The notes under the pieces: model-generated
What the model saw: only the letters and a program-made list of their open reading frames with translations
The model's database searches: none
What the model was told of the DNA's origin: nothing
Source: Paraspadella gotoi
Lineage: Eukaryota; Animalia; Chaetognatha
Length of the DNA stretch: 64,000 nt
Assembly: GCA_051294375.1 (NCBI GenBank)
Contig: CM119271.1
Location: forward strand, 862,721-926,720
Direction: 5' to 3'
Translations under genes and position numbers: made by a program
Part shown: piece by piece, positions 1-10,980 of the stretch
How the letters are laid out: every line of letters begins with the position of its first letter
How positions within the stretch are numbered: the first letter of the stretch is position 1

Positions 1-1319
1 ACCCAATTGCTTACCATTTAAAAAATATAACATAAAAATATTATTTATTTTCTTTTCATTTTGGTTATTTGTTTAAGGTAGAAAATGAATTGTTTATGTA
101 CGAATTTTATTTAGAAATATAAATTTCGCAAAAACGAAATATAATTTTCGCAAAAACGAATTGACTTGTGAAACAAATATTTTTACAGACTCTCTTCAAA
201 CTTTATGAAAATATTTGTTTCACAAGCCAATTCGTTTTCGCGCTGATGAAGGCTTACATTGAAGTCCGAAATTTATGTTTCTTAGTAAAAAAAACTCGTA
301 CATCAACAAACAATTCATTTTTTACCTCAAACTTTAAAATTATAAATTTAAATAAATTTAAAACAATTATTATTTATTATAAAATTAAGAAATTTGTATA
401 TTACTTTGCAAACTAAGACTCGACGCGAGAGAGAAAAATTTAAATGACCGCTAGTACCTAAAGTTGGTTGCGGACGTTGAATAGTAAAGTTACCAGGAAA
501 TATAATATTTTAATTAAAAAAAGGTTTATATCCGTGCAATTGTATTTTTTTATTAGATCATTGTAATTATTAAAAAACTTGTGTGACTTGCCTATTGATT
601 TTTTTTTTGAAGCCTTGCAAATCGGAACTTTGAAGTTAAAGCGACGATTCCTGTGGTAATAATACAATCAATTAAAGCTGGTCATCAATGATAAATTTCC
701 TGAAAGAGGAATAACTTTGGTAATGAACAATATACAGGGTTGTAACCTAAAGTTTTAAAATAATATTCGGTTGTAGCCTCATCGTTTCTGTACCTCTCTC
801 TCTTTCTCTCCCTCTCTCTCTCTATCTTTTAGGATTTAAGTATTTCGTGTTTTAATTAATTCCACAATTTAATACGTAAAATAAGTGATATATGTCATTT
901 ATTCTTCCTTTGTAGCAAAGTGAATAAATCGCGCGATACAGAAATCGATAATGAAAACTGTATGATCGAAAATTGATTGAAGCTCCCATTTTTGTGATAA
1001 TGAAAGGACGAAAATAAAAGATCATAATGAAAATGGAAACTTGGAAGGTAATGACGAAAGATTTTTCGGGAGCTCCAAACTCAACTAATTGATCAAATTG
1101 TTCGATTAAACAAACTGATTGATTGATCGATCGGCTCCTCTGCTATAAGTAATACTGTCCAAAAAATGACACACTACATCTTTCAGAATTTAATGGCTTT
1201 TTAGAAAATTTAATTTGGAAAGGCCCTTGATTTAATTTTTAGAGGTCGAGAAGCGGGAAGAACTTGGCACAATGTAGTACTACTATGAGTATGACTAAAC
1301 TCTGACGAAAAAAGCCAGA

Positions 1320-1620
1320 TTTTTAGTCGGTTCTGCTTATCAGCAGATTCCTCACTTTGTCGGTCCGTTGGTCCCACCCAAAAATCTTGTCGGTAAATCA
1401 TTATTATCATATCGGAACATCGAATTATGATAAATTACGCAAAAAAATGATGACTGTCCGTCCGTCCCCCCTTAGCGTTAAACTCCAATTACTCGTGATT
1501 GGATGGATGGATTCGAATTAAATTTTGTGTGGGGTAGGAAAGTGTGTGATTGAGCTGGATATAAAATTTTGATGGAATCGTGCGAGTGGAAATAAGTTTA
1601 AATGGAAAAAACAAAGTCAT
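1320..1620. repeat. Dispersed non-autonomous repeat family with GTCC/GTCT microsatellite (Helentron/DINE-like, tentative)
   Basis: Related copies at ~3340-3510 (inverted), 19210-19440, 19585-19700 (inverted), 45815-45920 and 60010-60115. A nearby terminus-like motif AACAAGTTTGAGCAAACAATGT.GGATCTG occurs at 3161 and inverted at ~4777 and ~5521. Confidence 0.5.
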
Positions 1621-1877
1621 ATTTATATATTTATTTATATATTTATATATATATTATATATATATTTATATATATATATTTATTTTCATATTTATCAAAA
1701 ATTGGATAAATAAATTGAATTGAAATTTTGTGTGTTGGTAGGAAAGTATGTAATTAAGCAGAAAAGACAATTTTTATGGTATCGTCGAAGTGGAAAAGAG
1801 TTTTAATTAGAAAACCAAAAGAAACATTTATATGAATTTTTAAAAAAATTATCTCTCTGACTCTCTCTGATTGATTG

Positions 1878-2420
1878 ATGGACCAAATTATGCCAGTTGA
1901 CCAAATTATGTCAGTTGACCAAATTATGCCCGTTGATCAAATTATGTCAGTTGACCAAATTATGCCAGTTGACCAAATTATAAGCTGGTTGAACAAATTA
2001 TGCTAGTTGACCAAATTACGTCAATTGACCAAATTATGCCAGTTGACCAAATTATGCTCATTTATCAAATTATGTCAGTTGACCAAATTATACCACTTGA
2101 CCAAATTATGACAGTTGAACAAATTAAGCCAGTTGACCAAATTACGCCAATTGACCAAATTATGCCAGTTTACCAAATTATACCAGTTGTCCAAATTATG
2201 CCATTTGCTCAAATTACGCCAGTTGACCACATTTTGCAAGTTGACCAAATTAAAAATTGTGTTAGTTGACCAAATTATGCCTGACCAAATAATACAAGTT
2301 GATTAAATTATCCAATTTGATTAAATTATGCATGTTGATCAAATTATACCATTTGACCAAATTATGCAAAATTAGTAAATTATGCAAAATTATCAAATTA
2401 TGAAGTTGACCAAATTATAG
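1878..2420. repeat. 18-bp minisatellite (GTTGACCAAATTATGCCA)n
   Basis: About 28-30 contiguous degenerate units; they generate the DQIMPV periodic ORFs. Confidence 0.95.
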
Positions 2421-3643
2421 AAGTAGGTATTGGCACAGCGACTGGTAATGATTGATAGACTAATTTATAGGTTTTTTCATAGATTTATTAAGAAGTCTGT
2501 TATGATTTTTATGTTACGATTTGTTATAATCTGTAAAAATCACAAATTGAAAGTCAGAAGAAAATTTTGTGATTTATCATCGGATTAGCTTATTTCCGCT
2601 AAATTATCGTTGGCAGATCCGACAACTTAGCAGTTAAGAGGGACGGAGCGCTTAACTCTCCTGTAATACGGTGTTACAGCCTGATCCGAAGTTCAGGGAC
2701 AGCTTATATTGAACGGTTCTGTCACTAACTCACTAACAAATATTACTGTCTCTTCAGTCGCCTAATATTACCTAATTTTACTTTTATTAAACATTGCGAA
2801 AATTCTTTCTTTTCGTTGTGTTTCGAAAACAAGTTTGAGATAAAGACGAAGTCTTTTACAACAACGACAAGTTTTAATTAAACGGACATGTTTCGGCTTT
2901 GACAAACCATACCCAACATTCAAATAAGCCCTACTAATCTACCATCCCACTCAACAATTATAAAGTTCTTGTTTTATAATGAACAAGGTCTACCCTACGC
3001 GGCAGCAGTAGGAATCGCTTAGCTGTACAGCGCCGCCGCTTTGCTGCAGCTGGCGTCGGCGTTCGGAAAAGACTCGTCCAAGATTTGGTTTAACTGGAAG
3101 AGAGCCGTTTTCTTGGATTTACCAACGATTAGCCTTCATTTTTATATTTACGTATATATAAACAAGTTTGAGCAAACAATGTAGGATCTGCCCACGATCA
3201 TCGGTAATTAATTAATTAATAATAAAATAATTAATTAGGCAAGTAATTAATTACTTTGATTCCAAATGTTTGTTTTTAGGTCTTTTCGTCACTTACCACG
3301 ACAAAAGCAATGAGTAATTGGTGTTTTTTGCTAAGGTGGGACGAATAGACAGACGGACGGACGGACATCATTTTTTTTGCATAATTTATCATAATTCAAT
3401 GTTTTGACGTGATTTAAGTGAGTGCCCGACAAGATTGAGGTGGCGGACCGACGGACCGACAAAGTGAATTATAGAGTCGGGATCTGCTGATAAGCAAATC
3501 CGACTAAAAAATATTATTCTGATTTGGTAAGCTTAATAAGATACAACAAAAATAGCCTAGATTTGACTAGTTTGAATAAAGACGAAAAGTTAGCCAAATT
3601 TGACTGAAAACTGTGGAAGAGGATGCCGTCCATTTCTCACAAA

Positions 3644-3788
3644 GTCCCGAACTTCGGATTAGGCTGTAGTTCATCACCACAGGTGGATTAGATGCCCCGT
3701 CCCGCTTTTACTTGTGTGAATCAGCAGGGGGCGAACCCGAGCCCTTTGGGATTCTCGGGGTGTGAAACACTACCGCTACAAGACCAAG
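3644..3788 (-). mobile_element. Possible second tRNA-related SINE fragment
   Basis: The minus strand has TGGTCTTGTAGCGG and GGGTTCGCCCC box-like motifs. The body has a diverged inverted copy at ~2633-2700. Confidence 0.3.
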
Positions 3789-5919
3789 ATTTAACAAAGT
3801 TTGACCCAAATCAAAGACATAGTTTAGTTTGACTGAATACCAAGATTTTGACAAATTTTACTGGAGATCAAGATCTATGAGTTTGACTGAAGACTAGGGT
3901 TTTGCAAAGTTTGACTGGATACCAATATTTATCCTAGTTTTAATTCAACATTTGGCGACGACGAATAATTTGACAGGTGGTCGAGTTTCGATTCTGCGAC
4001 CGGAAGATAAACATCATCGTTGCCAATGTTGACGTCGAAGAGAGATAGAGAGAGAGAGAGATAAGTTTCCATGGAGACGCCCGTTAAGTCTTCCAGCTAT
4101 CTCTCGAGTTGGTCTCTCTCTCTGTCTCTCTCTCTCTCTTTATGGTAATGGGTCTTTTCTCAAAACGAATACAGTACCGGAAACCTAAAATGTCGTAAGT
4201 CTGTACATGTAATAACTTTTCCATTTATAGGATAAATGGCTTTAGGATTTTATAGGAAGTTATCTAGATTTCTGGCTATTGCCCATTTTAGCAATTTTTC
4301 AAATAAATAATCCTAAACCACTTAAAAATTTAGTCCAATTTTTTTTAAAAAACTTGCATAGCTCTAATATATTTTGATATTTTTTCTTAAAATTTTGCTA
4401 ACTTGTACTCAAGAGGGTTTGTAAACTTCTATAGAAATATTGTTACTATAAAAAAATTTTTTGCCATTTTTATCAGTGCTGATATTTTAGATGGGTCATT
4501 TTTTCAATGATGCATAACTTCTTTATTTGTGAATATTATGGTTCTAAATTTTAGTTATTGGTGGGCAATACATATAAATTTCAGTCTTTTAAAATTTTTT
4601 TTGGCACAGGTCAAAATTTTTTTTACAAATTTCAATTGTCAATCCTGCTAAAAATATTATTGCAAATATTGTTATTCTTTATTAATTGCCTAATTAATTA
4701 ATTAACTTGAATTAATTAATAAATTAATTACCGCTAATGATCGTGGTCAGATCCGACATTGTTTGCTCAAACTTGTTCTTCCTACTAAGAGGTTTTGTCT
4801 ATTACTTTCTTTACTATGACAATTTTCCATTTACTTTCTATTGAAATTTGCTCCTCTGTCCGCACCCACTTGATCTTCACTTGCATTGCTTTACACAAAA
4901 TTTTTATATGTTTTAGTCTTAAATAACCAGATGGCAGTACAAACAAAGGAGCATTTTTTAACAACAAAATAGCAATAAAATTTAGTTTAAATATTTCTAC
5001 TCGAGGTTTTAATTTTTTTTTCCGAAACAAAAGAAGTTTCATTAAATTTTGCATGTTGACCAAATTATGCAAAATTACCAAATTATGCAAGTTGGTATTG
5101 GCGCAGCTACTGGTAATTGATAAATCAATTGATTTATAGATTTCTTCATAGATTTATTAAGAAGTTGGTTATTATTTAATATGAAATTGGTACAACCAAT
5201 AGAAAAATTATCCATTCATTTAATAAATAAGCTATCTTGCCCCTGACTTTGGACAGGCTTTGGTGGTTTAAGGCCTCCATCACTCTTACAAGATAATGAC
5301 ATAGCAGGTCCCTGCAAGCTTTCAATCAAGACTCTCTCAGTCTCGTTTATTCACTCCCAGAGCACCTGGCTTCCCTATCAATGTTACTTTATGACTTTAT
5401 GTTACGATTTGTTTTGATCTTAAATTGAAAGTCAGAAAAAATTACCGTGATTTATCATTGGATTAGCTTATTACCGCTTAAATATCGTAGGCAGATCCAA
5501 CTTTGTTTGCTCAAACTTGTTAACTTTCGCTTTTGCCTCTTGAATCTTTTGTTTGTTTTTTTATTTTTCGCCCTCTGTTAGTCGGTCGGTCGGTTAAACT
5601 TAAAATACTCCTTCCACTTCGCCTTTTTCCCGCCATCTCGTTTCTCCTTTTCTCTTAGATTATCCTATTTTGTCTTAATCTTTTCCTTTGTTTCCTCATC
5701 CTACCCGTTTTCCTCTTTCTATTCTACCCCCTCTTCCTCTCATTCACTCCCTCTTTTATTCTATTCTTTATATCTCCTCTTCTCCCGCCATTTTCCTCCT
5801 TCTCCTTTATCCCCTCTTCTCTCTCCTCCCGCCATTTCCCCCTCGCTCTTCTCTTCCACTCTTTCTCTTCCCTGGCGCCCGCGTGGCGCTATCTCGGCGC
5901 CGTCAACGCGACACGCAGT

Positions 5920-6006
5920 TCACGTGACGATGGATCACGTGACACTCTCTCTCTCTCTGGCTCTCTCTCGTCTGCTCTCTCTCTCTCTCTCTCTCTATCA
6001 CGTGAC
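5920..6006. promoter_or_regulatory. Cluster of three TCACGTGAC E-boxes in a CpG-rich patch
   Basis: Exact 9-mers at 5920, 5935 and 5998. Confidence 0.35.
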
Positions 6007-6097
6007 ATTCACGACTCTCGACTCACGCTTTCCGCGCCCAGATTTTTTGTGTGGATTTTTTCCCTTCATTTAATCCGATTCTCTCGCAAGCGACGAC

Positions 6098-6180
<83 letters not shown>

Positions 6181-7510
6181 CGATTTCCTTCACCGATTAA
6201 TCTCCCATTTCGTTTTTACTATTTTATTTTATCTTCCCCTTTCTTCATTCTCTCTCTCTTTTTCTTTTTTTACTTTTCTTTTTTTTTCTCAAATTTTCTC
6301 TATCTTTCTTTATTTCTTTTTAAAATTTTCTTCCCGATCATTTTTTTCAATCCTTAATGTTTTCTCTTTTTCCTTTAATTTCTTCCTTAAAGGTTTCCTT
6401 ATTTTTAATTTATTTTCCTTTAATGAAAATTCGTTTTACTGTTTCTTCAGAATTATTAAAGGCCAAATATTTAAGACGTTATTTAAATTTTAAATGCTTT
6501 AATATATAATAAAAAAAGACGTTTTAGCTATATTTTGTTTTGTGATAAAAAGGATGTTAATTTATTTAAAATTAATTATTATAAAACTTTTCTATCTTTA
6601 AGCCTCCTGTCTATAGTTAAAAATTAAAAATTACTTTAATGTTACATATTTCCGATTTTTTATAATAATATGATTCAAAATTTTTATTATATATGTCCTT
6701 ATAAAGGTATATCAAATTTAATGTAAATTATAAGATTTAGTGAGAAAAAGAATTTCTTTAAATATTAAAATCATATAAACATAATATATTTTCATTATAA
6801 TTTATTATTAAATACTCTTTTCTCTTAATAAAAATTTTGAAGTATCAAAAAATAGAAATCACCCTAAAATCACTAAATCACCTTTAAAAAAATCAAATAA
6901 AAAAAAAATCGATAAAAAAAATTTTATGAAGTAAAAATAGAAAGTATTTCAAATTTAATACCCAAACTACAAAAAAATATGTTTTGAACAAAAGTACCAT
7001 AACTATTCTGTTTGGAAAGAAAAAAAAATTGGAATGTTTAGAGATTTACACCCGTAACAAATATAAAGATTTGGTTGTTTTTTTTCATGCCAGTATTTTT
7101 TTTCCTCTCACTGGGCAGACTTTGCACTTGGATGAGGTTTCCTAGTTTCTCTGAACTAATGCAAAATATCGAGGCCTAAAAAAAATTTCATTGACATACG
7201 TGTCGCCTTAAAAAAAAAGTTCCAACTGATTTCACCTTGAGAAACCTTCTTTATTACGACTTTCACGCAATCTAAGATAACCCAAAAGATAATATCAAAA
7301 CGGATAAAAATATTAATCACCATTCAAAAATCTCAAGACCCAAAAAAATCTATTAAATCTGTTAGAAAAAAAAAAAGAAAAGAAAAAAAAAAAGGAATCC
7401 CCTTCGTTTACAATCCAAACCTCGTCAAGCAACGCCACACACGACGCGCTACATTAGGGTGTGCCAAATGCCACATGGTCTTCCAAGCGAAGCCTCAATC
7501 AGCGCCGATA

Positions 7511-7566
<56 letters not shown>

Positions 7567-7702
7567 CCTCTCCCTCTCCCTCTCCAAAAATGACAGTTTG
7601 ATATTCGTAATTGAAATCCAAAATTCCCAAAATTGAAACGGATCACTGTGTCGAAAAAAAGTCAAAAAGTCACTGTGCCGTTTCGACGAAGATCGTTGCG
7701 GC

Positions 7703-8928
7703 TAGAGTTCCGATAACCGTTAATTTTTTAGGGAAAATTCCGCTTAACCGTTAAAAACTAACATTTTTAACGGTTAACCGTTAAGATCGTTAATTTTATA
7801 AATTTAACTTTAAAATTAAAATATCAAGATTTAAAACAAATAAAGTATTTAATGGTATTTTCTCTTTAACTTGGCTCTTGAATGCGCTGATAAAGACTTG
7901 AAACAGAGAGTCGAACATGTCTATTCTTTTATGTCAAAAAATTGTTGTAACAAACAAATATTTTTGCCAATCTCATAACACAGAACGAAACGAAAGGATA
8001 CCATCAAATTCTAATTCTATATTTTGTTTTCTTTTTCTCTTTGCTTTCTCTTTTTCTTTCCTCTACTTCTTCTATTCCCCATTATTTTATAAGTTGTTAG
8101 TTTCTTAAACGCTTGTTTTCTGTTTTCACGTTTTCATAAAACTATGACCATTGTCATTTGACCAATAAGGTATATAAATATGAATGGTTTAATAGTATTG
8201 ATGAGGACTGGTTCATCTTAATCTCAATTGATACAAAATATTTATGATTCAAGTAAAATATATTTTTCAGGTTTAACCCTTAAAAAAAGATATATCATCA
8301 TTATTCTTTTTTAAGATTCGTTCTTCTTATTATTAATTTTAATTTTTTTAAAATAATTTTTTCTATTTGGTTTTTATATTTCATTTTTTCATTCATTCGG
8401 TTTTATTTCATTTGCTCTTTGTTATTTTATAAAGAGGAACAGAAACACAAGATGTGAGAAAAAGATAAAATAAGAAGATTATTATTTTGTAGCTAAATTG
8501 AATATATATTATTTGCATAAAGGGCAAAAAAACAAGGAAAAAGGGCAAGCTAGCAAAGCGGAAAAAAGGAGAAAAAAGAAAGGGGGAAAGAAAAAGAAAG
8601 GAACAGGAGGAGATAAATAAAGGGAAGGAAAGAATAAGAAAGAGATGAGGATAGAAAAAAAAGGAGAAAATAACAAAGGAAAAAAGCAGGGAAAAATTGG
8701 AGAAGAGAGAGAGGGGTAAAAATATGGTGAGAAGGGGAGAGGAGTATAAGAGAGAACAGAAAAAAAATAAGTTTTTTTTTTAATTTAAAGATTTCATACC
8801 AAAAAATGAAAAAATTCACATTTGAAAATTAACCGAATTTAACCGTTAAAATGAATGTATTAACGGTTAAGTTAAAATAATTTTTAACCGTTAATAACCG
8901 TTAACAGTTAACGGTTATCGGAACACTA
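7703..8928. mobile_element. Non-autonomous hAT-type DNA transposon (MITE)
   Basis: TIRs TAGAGTTCCGATAACCGTTAA / TTAACGGTTATCGGAACACTA, a perfect 8-bp TSD GTTGCGGC (7695-7702, 8929-8936), and subterminal AACCGTTAA motif clusters at both ends. Confidence 0.9.
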
Positions 8929-9353
8929 GTTGCGGCCTTTTCGAGGAATCCACTGTGCAGCTCTCGACTACAAATCACTGTGCCACGATGTTGACTTCGC
9001 AACGAGCGTCCAGCGTTGACGATATCATTCCCTTGAGAAGTAAGTCCGGTATAACTTACTAAGATTTAAATTAGATTAGATTTACTTAGATTTAAATCAG
9101 CTAATTAGTATAAACTTTGTATGCATAAAAAACTTTATGTTTAAGCTGCCTAGTGTAGATTATTTTAACGTGAATTGCATATAAATTTGCTTATAATTGA
9201 GTATTAAATTTTAAAAATCTTACACTGATTTTCTGAAACGTGATCGCATATTTCGCTGCCCGTCTTTTTCTTGACTTGTTCTATATTTCTTACCTTTCTC
9301 TCTCTCTCTCTCTCTCTCCTCTCTCTCTTTTTTTTTTTTTTTCTCTCTCTCCC

Positions 9354-9666
9354 CAAATAAGTAAGCAGACAGGGATTTCTAGGCGAAACCAAAGTGGATT
9401 TTATTTCTTCAGAAAATAGACGTTAATACAAAACGGTGTCAATTTTTGGGGCAGAGTGAATCAATACAGTTTCTGGTTCTCTTTTATATCGTTCAATCGG
9501 ATCAGAGGCATGGGTAAAATTTACAGGCGGAAAGAAGCCCATGTGCTCATTGGCCGGTGCCATTTGTTTCTTGGCCAATGACAATGTTCCATTCTTCTCT
9601 TGGTGGCTTTTCTGCTCGCGTCGTTGACCCGATTTCGATTCTACAGTCTTGATTCCTCTGCGATGC
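9354..9666 (-). repeat. 3' LTR
   Basis: Exact direct repeat of 17326-17638, preceded on the minus strand by the PPT. Contains AATAAA (9400-9405, minus). Confidence 0.93.
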
Positions 9667-9667
9667 G

Positions 9668-9679
9668 TCCCCCCTCTTC
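9668..9679 (-). other. Polypurine tract
   Basis: The minus strand reads GAAGAGGGGGGA immediately upstream of the 3' LTR. Confidence 0.85.
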
Positions 9680-10227
9680 AGACGACAGCGTACGCGGTCA
9701 GTCGGAAGCTGGAGTTGCGATTGTGAGGGGGACGAAGATCCTGTTCCGTATTTGTTCCAGGCTAAGCGTCTCCGGCTGTTGTGGTGCCCGTCGGGCTGCG
9801 CAGGGCGGCGATGAAACGTATTTCGTAATTTGATTTCGTCATTTTCTCTTCTTTTTTTTTTTTTTTTTTGAGAGAAAGAGATAGAGAGAGAAAGGGATTT
9901 TTTTTTTTTTTATTTATTTGAGAAGAGATATATATATATATTTTTTTTTTTTGCTTCTATTCTTTCAGCTTCGTGTTTCTCGTCGCTTCTTTCAGTTTCG
10001 CGTCACATTTGGTTGCCTTTTGTTGAACCTTATTGTTTTTACGTCTGTCGTATGTCTCGAGAGGTTGAAAGGTTGAAAAGTTGAGGAGTTGAAAGATTGA
10101 AAAGTTGAAAAGTTTATTCGTTGAGAGATTGAACAGTTGAAAGGTTTATCTGTTATCTGAGTAATAAGTCTAAAGGTGAGTTTATTTAAATGAAGTCGCT
10201 TTTCCTGCTTTCTCTGGTTAGTGACTT

Positions 10228-10980
10228 TTATTCGGACGGCTTTGTTTCGTGCTTTTTGAGGCGACGCCTGTGGTATCTTAAGTTCCGGCCAGCTATGGAG
10301 ACAACATAATGGTTGCCGTCTCTTTCTACGACTTTGTGCGGTCCTGAGTATATTCTTTTGACCTTGTTTCCGGTCGTCGCTGTTCCAGTCATGATTAGAT
10401 CACGTCTGGCTAGGACCAGATCGCCGATCTTAATCTCCTCTGGTCGTTTGTAAGGATTTCTTCTGGCCGATTTTTTGTAGAGCTTCGTTCTTTGGTTAGC
10501 CAGCTGTGCTTGGGCCCTCTCCTGCTTGTCGGCCCTTTGTCTTANNNNNNNNNNGAGATTTCTTTTTGTATAGTCATCTGCGCTTTCTACTATCCTCGGC
10601 CTATGGCCAAATTGGATCTCGTGTGGCGACATGTCTGTCTTCCAGCCGATTATGGGAGTAGCATTGAGAAGTAGCATCAGGTGAGGCAGCTGTTCTAGCC
10701 ATCTGTTTGGTTGATCATCTACTGCTTTGCGTAGGGCTTGGCGGATTCGTCCTATGTCCCTTTCAGCTCTGTTGCTGTCCTTTCGTCCTACGAGAACGCG
10801 TCTGCCCACGGTGTCGAGTAGGTTTAATATAGATTTCATGGCCGACCCGTTTAGCTGTGTCGCGCCGTCGAAATTCACCTCCATGTACGATCCATGTTGG
10901 AGAAAAATTTTCTCGTCAAGGTTTCTCACTATGGTAGCGGCGTCTGCTCGTCGCAGTGGGATTGCCCAGGTGTAGGCGGA
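10228..10980 (-). CDS. pol: Integrase core and C-terminal GPY/F-like region
   Basis: Motifs VNFDGATQ, SNRAERDI, W...LNATP, SPHEIQFG and IYSGPHKV. Separated from the upstream pol frame by a 28-bp tandem duplication at 10955-11008. Confidence 0.9.
   Translation of the reverse strand, partial: SAYTWAIPLRRADAATIVRNLDEKIFLQHGSYMEVNFDGATQLNGSAMKSILNLLDTVGRRVLVGRKDSNRAERDIGRIRQALRKAVDDQPNRWLEQLPHLMLLLNATPIIGWKTDMSPHEIQFGHRPRIVESADDYTKRNLXXXXRQRADKQERAQAQLANQRTKLYKKSARRNPYKRPEEIKIGDLVLARRDLIMTGTATTGNKVKRIYSGPHKVVERDGNHYVVSIAGRNLRYHRRRLKKHETKPSE

Noticed and set aside
1878-2420. CRISPR-like periodic array or repeat protein (DQIMPV)n
   Set aside because: The units are contiguous with no unique spacers, there are no cas genes, and the context is eukaryotic. 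The ORFs are a by-product of the 18-bp period.
9680-10227. env-like third ORF in the gypsy element
   Set aside because: Only ~550 bp are available, the sequence is low complexity, and there is no sense ORF.
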